This document shows, piece after piece, positions 35,701 to 46,831 of a stretch of 64,000 nucleotides of DNA (the first letter of the stretch is position 1; every line of letters starts with the position of its first letter). The translations under genes and the position numbers were made by a program. Source of the DNA: Eutreptiella sp. 'Long Island Sound 2002' (taxonomy: Eukaryota > Protista > Euglenida); assembly GCA_964036045.1 (NCBI GenBank), contig OZ038378.1, forward strand, positions 161,262,001 to 161,326,000, read 5' to 3'. Under the pieces are notes generated by a model. The model had not been told where the DNA came from. It saw nothing but the letters and a program-made list of their open reading frames with translations, and did no database searches.

Positions 35701-37127
35701 ACACAAACAAAGGTAGTCTAGGTAGTCTCGAAGCACATCATTTACCACGTGTTGAAATGTCGAAGGAGCATTGCATAGACCGAAGGGCATGACCACCCAT
35801 TCGAAGGCGCCAAACTGGATGTCGAAGGCAGTCGTCTCGACGTCATCCTCGTGGATTCTGATTTGATGAAATCCGGACACAAGGTCGATTTTGGAAAAAA
35901 TGGTCGACTCACCCAACGTACTCAAGATGGATGGTATAGAAGGCAGCGGGTAGCGATCCCGCACCGTTCGAGTATTCAAAGCTCGATACTCCACACACAT
36001 ACGCCGCTTTCCGTTGGCCTTTTTGACAAGGAGGCAACCCGCGCCATACGGGTTGGAAGAGGGTAGAATGCGTCCGCACCGGTGTAATTTGTTGAGTTGT
36101 CGTCGTAACTCCTCAAGCTGAGCAGGATCCATTTTGTAAGGATGCACCCATGGTGGGTTGTCATCAGTCTCAAGACGAATTCGGTGGTCTCGCTGGGGTC
36201 GATGCGGTGGTAACTGACCTATTGCAGCACGTTCTCGATCATATAGGTGTGACCACTTGTGCATAGAGGACGGCAGTCGTGATTGCACCTTATCGCCTTG
36301 GAGTCGTCTTTCGGCATAGCATGGAGGTGTTCAACGGGATTCGAAGTATCTCTGGGCATGCAACACAGGTAGACCTGGTCTCCAGTCAAGTCAGCTCGGC
36401 GAATCTCTCGCCTGAGCTTGGGTATCGAAATGTACTCTATTTCGACATCACTGATCTCTTCATCTGCGAAGCCAGGCGATTCGCAGCCCTCATCATCTGT
36501 TGCTCGGGATGGCGATTTTGCTCGAGGTGATGATCGGCTTGGGTCCCGGTGTTCCTTGGCATGTGGCACTGGGTCGCCAAACGGAACTGCTTTCGAGGGA
36601 CTGGATGAAAGTGTTGAAAGAAGATCCAACTTCGGAGTCGGACGAAACTGTAGTTGAGTAGATCCCCTGGAACCGTCGAAAGACAATCAATAGGAAGTTG
36701 ATGCTTGACGTACATCAGCATGGAGTTCCACCCAATTAACAACTGGATTGTAACTCCGAAGCCATGGCAATCCAAGCACCACATCCGGTAGGATTTCGAG
36801 AACCTTGAAATGGTGTCGAAATACAACATTCCCTATCCTGACATAGGCTCGGGCGTAATACCGCACTTCGACTTGGACTCCTCCGGCGGCGAGGACGTGT
36901 CCAGGTCGGGTTGGTTTATAGAGGGGAAGGCGCGCGCTCTGAGCTGTCTTCATCGACATAAAATCGCTTGTCGCTCCACTGTCGAGCAACACCTGTACTC
37001 CCATGGAATCTTCGAGGCCCTCTCGATGCGCTGAGAGGCGCCCCGCGACCGTGAACAGAATCGCGTGTTCAGGGTCATCGACACTTTCTAAAGTCACATT
37101 TTCTTCGGGTTTGGCGGCAGTGTTCAA
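32732..37127 (-). pseudogene. pol: pol polyprotein: aspartic protease, RT, RNase H, integrase, chromodomain
   Basis: PR VLLDSGATSDF; RT RYPLP...FSKIDLVSGFHQIRI...VMPFGLCNAPSTFQ; RH LYTDASKD...VAFLSRKM, MDHESLRYL; IN GHSG...CDVCQ, VSVDWMTGLP, VVDRFSK, SDRD, ERANQ; chromodomain YRCEWDDGTWSWE (32732..32923). Confidence 0.95.
34460..34530 (-). repeat. 33-bp coding tandem repeat (ASNVDDAGNTD x2) in an acidic RH-IN linker
   Basis: gcgtcatcgacgttgctggc occurs at 34478 and 34511. Confidence 0.8.
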
Positions 37128-37199
37128 CTCTTCTCCAGAACTCCTGCCAATTCTTCGAACTCTCCTTTTAGGCCGTTGAGGACGGCCCTATTGATTGGC

Positions 37200-38987
37200 C
37201 ACCACTCCGCGACCGAAACCGTCCCTTCTTGTCTCGGCTCAAATTACGTCCCCTTTGAGGAGTCCCTGATCGTGATCCACGGGAATCTCTCCAATCTCTC
37301 GAATTTCTCCTTGAAGATGCTCGATTCTTAGGGCAATCCCTAGCAAAGTGCCCAGGTGCGCCAAAATTGTAGCATCTTCGAGTATTACTACGATTCTCGA
37401 AACAGCATCCTCGATCCCTGGATCTCGATCTCCTGAATGGATGTAGGCATGCAGCTCTTCTCGAAGTTTTGCGATAGCATCGAGGTTCATTGGCTCCGGA
37501 CTCGTGGATGGCGCAAGTGGCGGTGCCGTTGCCATACTGGGTGGAGGCATAGGCGTGGTAGAAGTAGGGGGAACTGCCATTGGCAAAGGCCTCGAAACTG
37601 CAACTCCAGTTGAGTCTCCAGGAGACTTCGATGCATTCTGCACTTCTTCGAGCTGATATCCCGCAGCGATATACGCTTCCGCGATGGTTTCAACCAGAGC
37701 AACGAACCCGAAAGGCTTTCCAGATCGCCATCCGGATCGAACTTCAACAATGGACTGTCTGTGAATGGCGTCATTGGATAACCCTTCAACAAACCTCGAA
37801 TTGACCAAGTAACCCATCTGCAGATCATCAACATTGACTTTCGACTTGATGACACACACTCAAAATTCCCGAACATAATCCGCATGTCGTGGAAAATCGC
37901 ATTCCTTCAAGGTCAACATTCTCGAAAGGTAGACGGGCTCATTGGAAATACTGTCGAAACGCTGCGCCAATACCTTGGTCAACTCGTTCCAGTCACTCCG
38001 CACAGTCGAAGTCAAACTGTGATAATAGTCGACGGCGTCTGACTGGAGCATAAAGGGCATAGCCGTCGCCTTCTCGAAGGCACTGGAGATGTCTGAGAGG
38101 ACAAGTGCCATCGAGAACTCCTGCTCCCAAATACGAAACTCTCCTTCACCAGGTTTCCCAGAGAAGGGTCGAACCAGCTTCGTCGAACGTTCGACTTTGC
38201 GTCCCAAACTCTCTTCGGAAACAGTTTGGGTGAAGGTCGGTTGTGGAAAGAAACCTGGTTGATTCGAAGGACGTTGCTGTGGCTGAGGATGTTGTGGAGG
38301 ATGTTGCGGAAGGTGTTGTGGAGACGGCGGTGGTCCATTCGAATTCCAAGGTTGTGGAGAAGGCGGTGGTCCACTCGTATTCCAACTGGATCCTCGAACA
38401 AAGTGATGTACAAACATGAGGGTTTTTTGTAGCTCCTCTTAGATTTTGCTGACGGTCGAGTTGAAGAGTGCCTTGTGAGGTTCGAGTGCTTGTTCAAAAC
38501 CCATGCGACTGTTTGAAGCTACGTGTGCATCGGCCGTAGCAGCCACCGAGGCTCGTGTAGCGTTCTCTGTCGCCACCGTCAGGGTGTCGAAATTCCTTTG
38601 GAGCCCACTAAAATTGTGTTCGAGACCATTGCAGTCAGCTGCAATCTGACTCTGTGCCTTCTACACGTTGTCGTTCAATTACTCAAACCTCTTTCCTAGA
38701 TCAAGGTAACCAGTTTGAAGAGCTTCATTGTTTGAAAGCCAATCCATCCATTGCTCGTCAAATTTATCAAGTCGTTGCCTGTTCTCTTCATTTGCACTCG
38801 TGAGCCTGTTAAGGTCATGAGACATCGACGCAAACCACTATGTCTCTCGATTCGTTATTCGAGTAGTTATGAGTTGATGCAACGAATTGGTAAACTCTTG
38901 ATGCAACGGAGATTCAGGTCGAAACAAGCAGTTGCGCACAAAAACCAACATAAGCTGTTCGTCGAAAGCATTGCCGATGTTATCCAT
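37200..38987 (-). pseudogene. gag: gag (coiled-coil N-terminus, capsid-like domain, degenerate zinc knuckle)
   Basis: ATG 38987 is in frame with ORFs 37860..38417 and 37239..37859, with five in-frame stops. PFSGKPGE..F..W is a gypsy gag motif. The knuckle CYNFGAPGHFARDC (37333-37374, shifted frame) is CX2CX4HX4C with the second C changed to F. Confidence 0.85.
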
Positions 38988-39115
38988 CAGGTCTTGGAAA
39001 TTGTATCGAACTCAGATTGAATTCAAGTTGGGGTTGAAATCAACGAAATCTTGAACACGAAAATCTCGACGCGACGCGTAGATCGAGTTCAAAATGTGAA
39101 ATGCTGCTCCCCCAA

Positions 39116-39133
39116 CACCCAAGCTGCTTACCA
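39116..39133 (-). other. Putative primer-binding site
   Basis: TGGTAAGCAGCTTGGGTG begins 2 nt downstream of the 5' LTR on the minus strand; TGG is complementary to tRNA CCA. Confidence 0.7.
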
Positions 39134-39135
39134 AG

Positions 39136-39408
39136 TGTAGTGGTTGTTGTCTGGATCTTCGAAAACCTCTTGCTCTGCTAGTTTCTTGAAAATCAACAAC
39201 CTCGACACGCAGGATCTTTAAGTGGGGCAGCAAATTGTGTCAATTCAAAACTCCAAGAAAAACCCTGTGATAAACATATGAACACATGTCGAATATTTAT
39301 CACAATCATTGATCACTATTTCAATATCGATCATCATTAGCGCGTGCACGCGTGCTCGATCTTTTGCCAGATCTCGCGACGCGCGCTAGCACTAATCGAA
39401 CCATAACA
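39136..39408 (-). repeat. 5' LTR
   Basis: 273-bp match to 29181-29453; followed by caat. Confidence 0.96.
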
Positions 39409-41153
39409 CAATGTGTACAATCGCGGCAAGATTGGTAAGGAAACTGGGGATTTTACCTTAATAGACTGCCCACAGGTGGGCTAGTCCTCCGGACGATAAC
39501 ACATACACGGGTCGGCCTATAGAATGCACAGCAGTTGGGGTTGAAAAAAGATATACGATGGGCTACACCATCCACCGGGTCTCAACCACCTGTGGCACCC
39601 GGCACTGGACGGTAAGGAATGCTGTCAATTGGCACTGGGGCAAAAAATAGAACCGAAAAAGTAGACACATCAAGGTGCTCTGCATGCACAGTATGTGGCA
39701 CAACACCACCAACTGCCTTATGTGGGCCTCTTGGTACGTCAACAACTCTTATAAGTGGCCGGGAACCAGTCTCTCACACTACAGCTGCTCGTGCCAAATC
39801 CAGAAAGGCCACGCTCAAACCCGACGCAGAGGGGTATAGGACGGAGAACCGGAGAATTAGAGGCGCAAACACGGTCACCAACTAGGACCGGCAAAAGCGT
39901 ACGGGGCCCGGCGGTACTCCTCGGTATCACATCCCCATAGCGTAGTTACATAAGCTGGGACACCCCCAAAGGTCATGCCTGGCACAGCCACGTTTGAGCA
40001 TTTGCAGATGGCAGTGAGCAGTCGGTGCGGGCGATCCTTATTCCTCATAAGGTGAAAGCTGCCAGAAAAAAGAAGACGGCAGTGAGGAGTCAGTGGCAAC
40101 GATAGTTATTCCTCAACTTGTGGAATCTGCACAGTACTCGACCATTTTTCCACGACCGGCGTGTTTCGTGTGTTCTCCATTTGCCATTTAGCTCCTTAAA
40201 CAGCGCAATGATGGTGTAATCCGAAGCCTTTTGTACACGAATGTCGGAATCGGATGGTAGTAGCACATGTAGCATATCCTTATCAAAACCATGTCGTTCA
40301 TTTTCATTAAACTTTTTCGCCGCAAGATATGCAACAACAAACAATGTTTCAAAGTAAATGGAGTACGACAACACCCACACTGCCCATTGCACTGGAAAAA
40401 CTACGAAGTCGTGAGCAGAGGCAAAAGAGCGTCATAAGAGGTAATGTTGCCATAGTTCAGCAAGTCGCCAGGTGTCCAAATGTAGGCCCAAGTGAGGTGT
40501 ACATCTACGCTCGGGGTGGACGAGTTTGCTACTCTTGTGACCTAACCTCCGGCCATGGTCTATTGCAATCTTGCAGTGATTAGTGATGGTTGATCCATCT
40601 TCCCAAGGTATCTAATCGCACTAAGGTAAGGCGCCCAATTAAAGCTCAAGGTACCAAATGTTCCCGAGAGCAAGAAAAATTCAAAAAGATGTAGTGTAGT
40701 TGCTCCGCGAAGAATATGCATTTACGAATCTGATGAGTGAAAACTTTCCAGAAATATTCAGAATGAGCTATTACGCAACTGTAGCCTAGGGTGAGGAATA
40801 GATATGAATATTGCTACGCTAGGGTGCCCAAAATAACATTGTCTGCTCATCGCTTATTCAATGCATATGGGAAGCAAAGCAGTGTGCGCATTTTCATACT
40901 GGTGTATGCAATACTGCAGTGCAATAACAACGCTGCAAGTTTTGCCCTGATCCTCACTACATGCCGTAAAAATGACTGGTGGTGTTTCTCTTGGAGAGAT
41001 TCCACTGTACAAATTTCGGCCTATGGACCCATGTTTGTGGTGCTCAATGTTCTTCCGACATGTACACATTGTGCATAACACTTTGGAATTTCTTTTAACA
41101 CACGAAAGGACCTGAAAAACGTTCAACAAACAAGACAACAACACGATACGGAC

Positions 41154-41408
41154 ATGAAGCTGGTGTCATGGAACGTACAAAGCGCACAGGGAACACTCAG
41201 CCTCTAGCGTTGGGCCAACATGCTACAACTGATACATGACTTCTGCATAGACATGATAGGTATACAAGAATACAACCCGGGTTTTCCCCTACCCGAAGCG
41301 GCCACCACGGCCCTCTAGAACCAACATAAATGCTTTACCGTCCCGGGAATCGGGCGACGGGTGGCCTTCTTGGTCGGGAACTATCCGGTCCTAAAAGACG
41401 AGATGTAA
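41154..41408 (+). pseudogene. N-terminal fragment of an APE-type (EEP) endonuclease, as in LINE ORF2
   Basis: Hand translation: MKLVSWNVQSAQGTLSL*RWANMLQLIHDFCIDMIGIQEY...RVAFLV. It has the SWNV and D-x-x-G-I-Q-E motifs and two internal TAG stops. Confidence 0.75.
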
Positions 41409-43979
41409 TGGGGACAGAGCGGATGGATGCACATTATAATGACATGGGAATGCAGGTTATTAATATAGAGTGTTGTAGCAGGAAGTGAATCTTGTTTGTG
41501 GTGTCTTCTTGCAAATACGTGGCCGCAAGGCATACCCTGATGCTTGCACATACCTCTATTAGAAATTTGGGAAGTGTTTGGTGAAACACGCCGAACAGAC
41601 CGACAAGTAAAGCCATTACGGACCGTGGCGTGGCCATGATTCCACTCTGCGACAATGGCCGAACTGAGGACTTGCGGATGCTCAATATAAAAAGTGCATA
41701 TGAAGACTAAGATTTGGAATTGCTTTCATGCAAAACAACCGATTATTTCGAAGTATTTCTCAGAAAAGGACCAAGTATTCCAGTTGTATTTCATCGAAAT
41801 AATCAGCTGTTTCCGATTATTGCTTCTGAGATAACCAATTATTGACCAAAATTTGTAGATTTTCACAAAATTGATAATACATGCAAGACAAAAGGATGAA
41901 GATTAACCAAAACCCTAAACTCTTTAATGTGCACACATGTAATGATGCAAAACGCTCTTTTATGGACAAAAAAATGACCTAGTGTATGCATAAAATGTTT
42001 CTTCGCTGTTTATAATTGGTTCAATTAATTGGTTTGTATTCATTTTTAAAGATAACCAAATTTGCCGATTATTTTCAAAATCACATCCGGTAGTTGCCGA
42101 TAATAAATTTTTTTGATTAATTGGTAAAACCGATTCCGAACCCTAATGAGGGCAAATGTTTTTGTATTGTTGTGTTTTGACCGGTACAGTTGGTTCATGT
42201 CTGCAACATGTGTTCTGTAGTGTTTGTCAGGCGCAAGCACGCGCTTGTCTAAACACCGCCCTGTGTTTCCGCACTTTTTGATGAGCCTGGTATGTTTTAG
42301 CAAAAAGGGGGGGAGGGTAGTCTTTTGGGGGGTGCACCGTGCACTGTGCGCGCTGTACGAAAAGTAGGCCATTTTGTGGAAAATTACCTTGACAGTGGAT
42401 AAATTGGTTAACAATGTGTGGGTATATATGCCCAGTCTTACCCGGTGCAAGTGCCTATGTTAAGCTATGGGACAAATATGGGCCACAACGCACCAAAAGA
42501 TGTTTCACGAAGCTTGAAGTGGGTATACATGATGGTGCATATAGGGGAAGATTGCATTCCCACATCCTTTTCATTGACGGCAAAACAATATCTGTGCGGC
42601 AAAAGACCTATGATGATATTCATGGACATGGGTGGATCATTTGTTTGCCCACCTTTGGTCTTGGGGGGTTGCTCATGACATTTGGCTGGGGTCCCATGAA
42701 GATTTTGGCTCTTTTTGCCATGTGAACTTGTGCTTCCCCAGAGGTGGGTCGCCTTCAGGTTGTTACAGGGAAATTGACTTACTATTTGGCATTGTGCCCG
42801 CGCTGTGCGAAAACACCCTTTTTGTCCATTCGGCCTTTTTCAAGATGCCCCCGCTGATCATTCCTTTGCTGCCTGTGGTAAGTTTTGTGCCAGAGCTGGC
42901 ACAGATAATTGTAGGCTTTCTTAGGCGTTTAGTGCATTCCTTTACAATGGTTCTCGCCCTGCATTGCTCTGCAAATATCCTCCGCTATCTTTCGATGAAC
43001 TTCGGTTGGCCTTGAATGTTTTCTCAACCCGTGGCTCAGCCACTTTGCTGCATTGTTTCCAGTGGGGGACCGCCATGCCTCAGGAAATGAGCAATAAAGA
43101 CTGTTCGTAGGGCCACTTGCCCCTTGCGTGGCCGCCCATCTTGGCTGGGTCCTCGGAGTGCTGAAAACTCCCAAAGTCTTGGCCCTCATCATTGCTTCCA
43201 TCTTGCCCTACATTTTGATAAAATCCAACACAAGCCAATTGAATTCCCTTGCACAACTAAATCCTCACGTAGGCAGTGATCAATGAACTCTGATCTCAAT
43301 TGATTGTTGAAAAAGCAATGAAGACTGAGTTGCAAAGCTCGATGAAATCTGAACTTGCGAAAGGCAACACAAATCCAACACAACTGGATACCGGTTAATG
43401 AATTCTCAAGAGCTAATGAATTCACATGATCATGGAGAGGCAAAGAGGAACAAAAAGACAATCGGGAAAAGAATATGAAACCCTCAAATGGAATATGCAC
43501 AGCATTGGGAATAATACCGCAAAGCGACCAGGAGCACCAGACGAGCACGTGCACGCTGACAGGCCTGTGCTACACCCATTTCAGTATAAATTCGGAATTC
43601 ACCAGAAATGATACCCAAAATTGCAAACTGTATAAGCAATCGCAAACTGCACGCGAAATCGCAAAGAAACGGAAATCGCTGTCCGATGGGTCAATACTCA
43701 ACCACATGGGATCCGAACCGGCTTCACCCGCCTTCCCAGAGCATTGTCTCCTGCTCGGAAAGAACCGAAGAAGATAGGAGGATCCCGTGGGTCTCTTGGC
43801 GTCCCCCCCACGTTGCCCGGACACTTGGGGGTCCCACATACATTGTAGGCGCCCCCTCAATGAACCGGAGGGTGTAGGAAGAGTAAGCTCAGCCACAAGC
43901 AATCGAAAGAAATCACTTTTCTTCGGTCCGAATTTTCAGAGGTTGTTGTTGCACGGGGTGTGTATGGCGTACACACGAT

Positions 43980-44080
43980 ATTTCTCCCTGCGTTCCCTCC
44001 TTCTCCAATCCAGCAGGCATATGCAAGACTCAGGACATAGGAATATTCGACTTGCTTGCTTCATCATTCACCCACCGCGC
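43980..44080 (-). repeat. Split direct repeat B2 (3' terminus)
   Basis: 101 bp; 4 differences from B1 (44284-44384). Confidence 0.92.
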
Positions 44081-44170
44081 AGCGGCGTAGGTGGCTGGGT
44101 AATAGTCACTGTGGCGTAGGTGATTGAATCAACCTGTGAGTTCTGAGTGTCGTGGGGAGGCCAGGGCCGG

Positions 44171-44283
44171 GTGCCCTCAATGCCCAAATCTAAAAAGATT
44201 CTAAGATGAAGATAGGAATCATATTTATAGCAGATTCAGAGTGCATTGGGGGAAATCCTTGCATTCCCTACGGGAATGCTGGT
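44171..44283 (-). repeat. Split direct repeat A2
   Basis: 113 bp; 3 differences from A1 (48944-49056). Confidence 0.92.
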
Positions 44284-44384
44284 ATTTCCCCCTGCGTTCC
44301 CTCCTTCTCCAATCCAGCAGGCATATGCAAACCTTAGGACATAGGAATATTCGACTTGCTTGCTTCATCATTCACCCACCGCGC
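44284..44384 (-). repeat. Split direct repeat B1 (abuts A2)
   Basis: atttccccctgcgttccc...cccaccgcgc matches 43980-44080. Confidence 0.92.
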
Positions 44385-44578
44385 CACTCCCCACCAGGGG
44401 CACACGGAGTCACTGGGATTGCCTGCCTTCATCGCCTTGGTGTAGACGCGAAGTTTGAGCGGCTTCTATGATGTCAACAATATCTCCCACCCGTCCACCC
44501 TCTCCATACCGAACCACCTGTAAAAGAGAAACACAGCGTGGTCACATAGCACCAGGGGCTTGGGGGGGGGGGGGGGGG

Positions 44579-46831
44579 TTATACTCTGACTGATCCCATG
44601 AAGTGTAGGAGTTGTAAATTGTTCATGATAGAGGTCCATTTGCTCCGTGCCTCCACCATCGCTGTACCCATGAGGTTCCCTGATGCTGTGGGTATTCGAG
44701 AGATAGGGTCCGCAGGCATGATCTTAGTCGGTACCCAGAATCAATGTAGCATCGTGCCAGTCCACCAGAGGTGGTTGAACAGGTTCCGCACAATTTTGGT
44801 CTGCATTGGTGCCTTAGGGCTGGCCTTCAATTTCTTGGATGAGAAAATGGCCGCCATGTTATCAATCAGTAGGTTCACACTGTGAATCTGCTGATTCGAA
44901 ATGAAGTGGGCGGCATAGTTGACCCCTGCCAGTTCACCGTGCTGCCGGTTCCCCAGTTTCTTGACGACTGTGCGTGCTGTGCCTTATTGAGTCGAAAGGC
45001 CGATCCTGTACCCTCCTGTTGTCTCTGCTGTGTCCACTGCAATGAAAGGCGCCAGCAGGGGGGCAGTGTGTCGTGGGGGGGCTGTGTACGGTACCGCACC
45101 AATGGCAATAGCCTCAAACATGGTGTGGACAAGTTTGTTTGATGGCCTGTGTGTGTGTCGTATGTTCTTCCACCTGGTCCTGTGCCATCCATAAAGGAAA
45201 GATGTGGCACCGTGTCTCGGGCCGAAAAACCATTGCAGGCGGCCTGTAATCCTTTCTATGCGTTTCGGGGACATTGGCTGTACCGCTGCTCTGACTGCTG
45301 CAACTACACTCTTTAGAGTCGGGGATGGGAGGTTTTCCACTCTCATGTGTTTGAAATCAAATTTCTTCCCTATCCAGCAAACTGCCTGACTGGGTTCCGT
45401 ACAGGACTTGGGGGAGATCACCAATCCTTTAGCGACCAAGAAGTTGCAGAGTGCCTGTGTGAGGACCCTGAGCAAAGCGGGGTCCGTGGCCAATAGTATA
45501 ATGTCATCAAGGTAATAGAAGAATTCCACGTGGTGCACTGTGTGCCTACTGAAAAATTCAGACAGAAACAGGCGCAGTGTTTCATGCGCAATCACTGGGG
45601 CATAGTCCCAGCCAAAAGGTAGGGACTTGTAGTAGCAACCTGGTAGCCTGAATTTGCTCCAAAATTTGTTGGGCATGACTAATGACCAGTAAAATTTTGA
45701 GACATCAATAGTGCTGGCATAGACCTCCCCCCCCCTGCCCAGTTTCATCGCTGTTTCAAAAACATCAGAAATTGAGGGCATGCTGCAGGGGGGGGGTCTG
45801 AAGGACTGTTGTTCAATGAAGTTCCTCATGTCCAATATGAATGAGCATTTTTCCTTCGTCTTCGGTTTTGGGAATGCCGAGCAATTTGGTTCCACCGGTA
45901 AGTACTGTCGCTCCAGGAAGCCTTCTCGGACCAGCGTATTGCACCGCACTGCCCTCACTTCGGAGAGACGTCTTGGCTGGACCCTGGATTTCGTCGGATC
46001 CCAATTTTCAATGTCATTCGGTAGGCCGATGGGGACACATCTTTTCCAAACCACTTCTGGGATAGGGCAGGACCCCTTCTTTCCAAGCCCCTTCTGAGCT
46101 GTCTCCTCATCCACTTGTCCACATCTGGCAGGCCCATCGTAGCCGTCATAGTCCGCATCGAAATTTTCCCAGTCGATGGTCTCTAATTTGGACACTGCTT
46201 CCACAATGGAATCCATGGCCTCAGTATTGGTGTGGTACGAGCGATGCCTGTCCCTTGCCATGAGCAGCAGTTTTAAAATTGCCCTGTGAGCTTCGGATCT
46301 CTCCACGTGCAAATTCGGTGCCAGTCGCCGTGACGTTTGCCAGGCCAGTTGTCTGAGGAATTGGTAATTTGCCCACCTTGGTCGTTTTCCCCTGTCTTCC
46401 CCCACTCTGGGGTCTGGCACCTCGTTCTCACCCCTCTCCAGGCACCCTAGATCATGCCGTTGTTCTCTTTCTCTTTCGCCTGGCCTGAGTCCTCTTGACC
46501 CTGCTTCTTGTGGTGGAGTCCGACTCTGATGTTGAATCATCATGTCCACTGGAGGATTCCTCGGAGCTGGATGTCTGGGGGTCATCGCATCTGTTGATGA
46601 TTGCGATCTGTGGCCAGATCTCCCGTACTTCTCTTTGCTGCCCTGGACACAGGGGCCTTCTTTGTGGGATTCGGAGGTAGTGGGACCCATGGGTTTTTGG
46701 ATATTCTTTCCGCTTGCGGGCAGTCCATGTACTGCCGGGCCGTCGATGTGCTTCTCCATCTGCACCATCCTTTGATCTTCTGTGTGGATGATCCTGCTGC
46801 TGCCAGTGTCACTGCACAGAGGCGCCTCCAC
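44579..46831 (-). pseudogene. DIRS-type reverse transcriptase / RNase H
   Basis: RT motifs: FILDMR, STIDVSKFYWSL, SLPFGW, YYLDDIILL, WIGK. The same frame continues past TAA 44984-44986 and TGA 44741-44743 with RNase H motifs FIAVD, GELAGV, LLIDNMAA and WVPTKIMPADPISR, ending at TAA 44579-44581. Confidence 0.92.

Larger units (their letters stand above)
29181..39408 (-). mobile_element. Full-length Ty3/gypsy chromovirus LTR retrotransposon with extra 3' ORF
   Basis: Two 273-bp LTRs (TGT...ACA), a 4-bp TSD CAAT on both sides, PBS and PPT are present. Domain order is gag-PR-RT-RH-IN-chromodomain. Stops and frameshifts show it is inactive. Confidence 0.96.

Noticed and set aside
37860-38840. Alternative genetic code (TAR = Gln) explaining gag stops
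   Set aside because: TGA stops and frameshifts also disrupt the same element, and TAA/TAG terminate other frames at sensible ends (e.g. 19318, 44579). Mutation is the simpler explanation.
39420-43970. Short ORFs such as 40090..40392 and 42046..42450 as genes
   Set aside because: No recognisable motifs and frequent stops; possibly old relics, but not supportable without searches.
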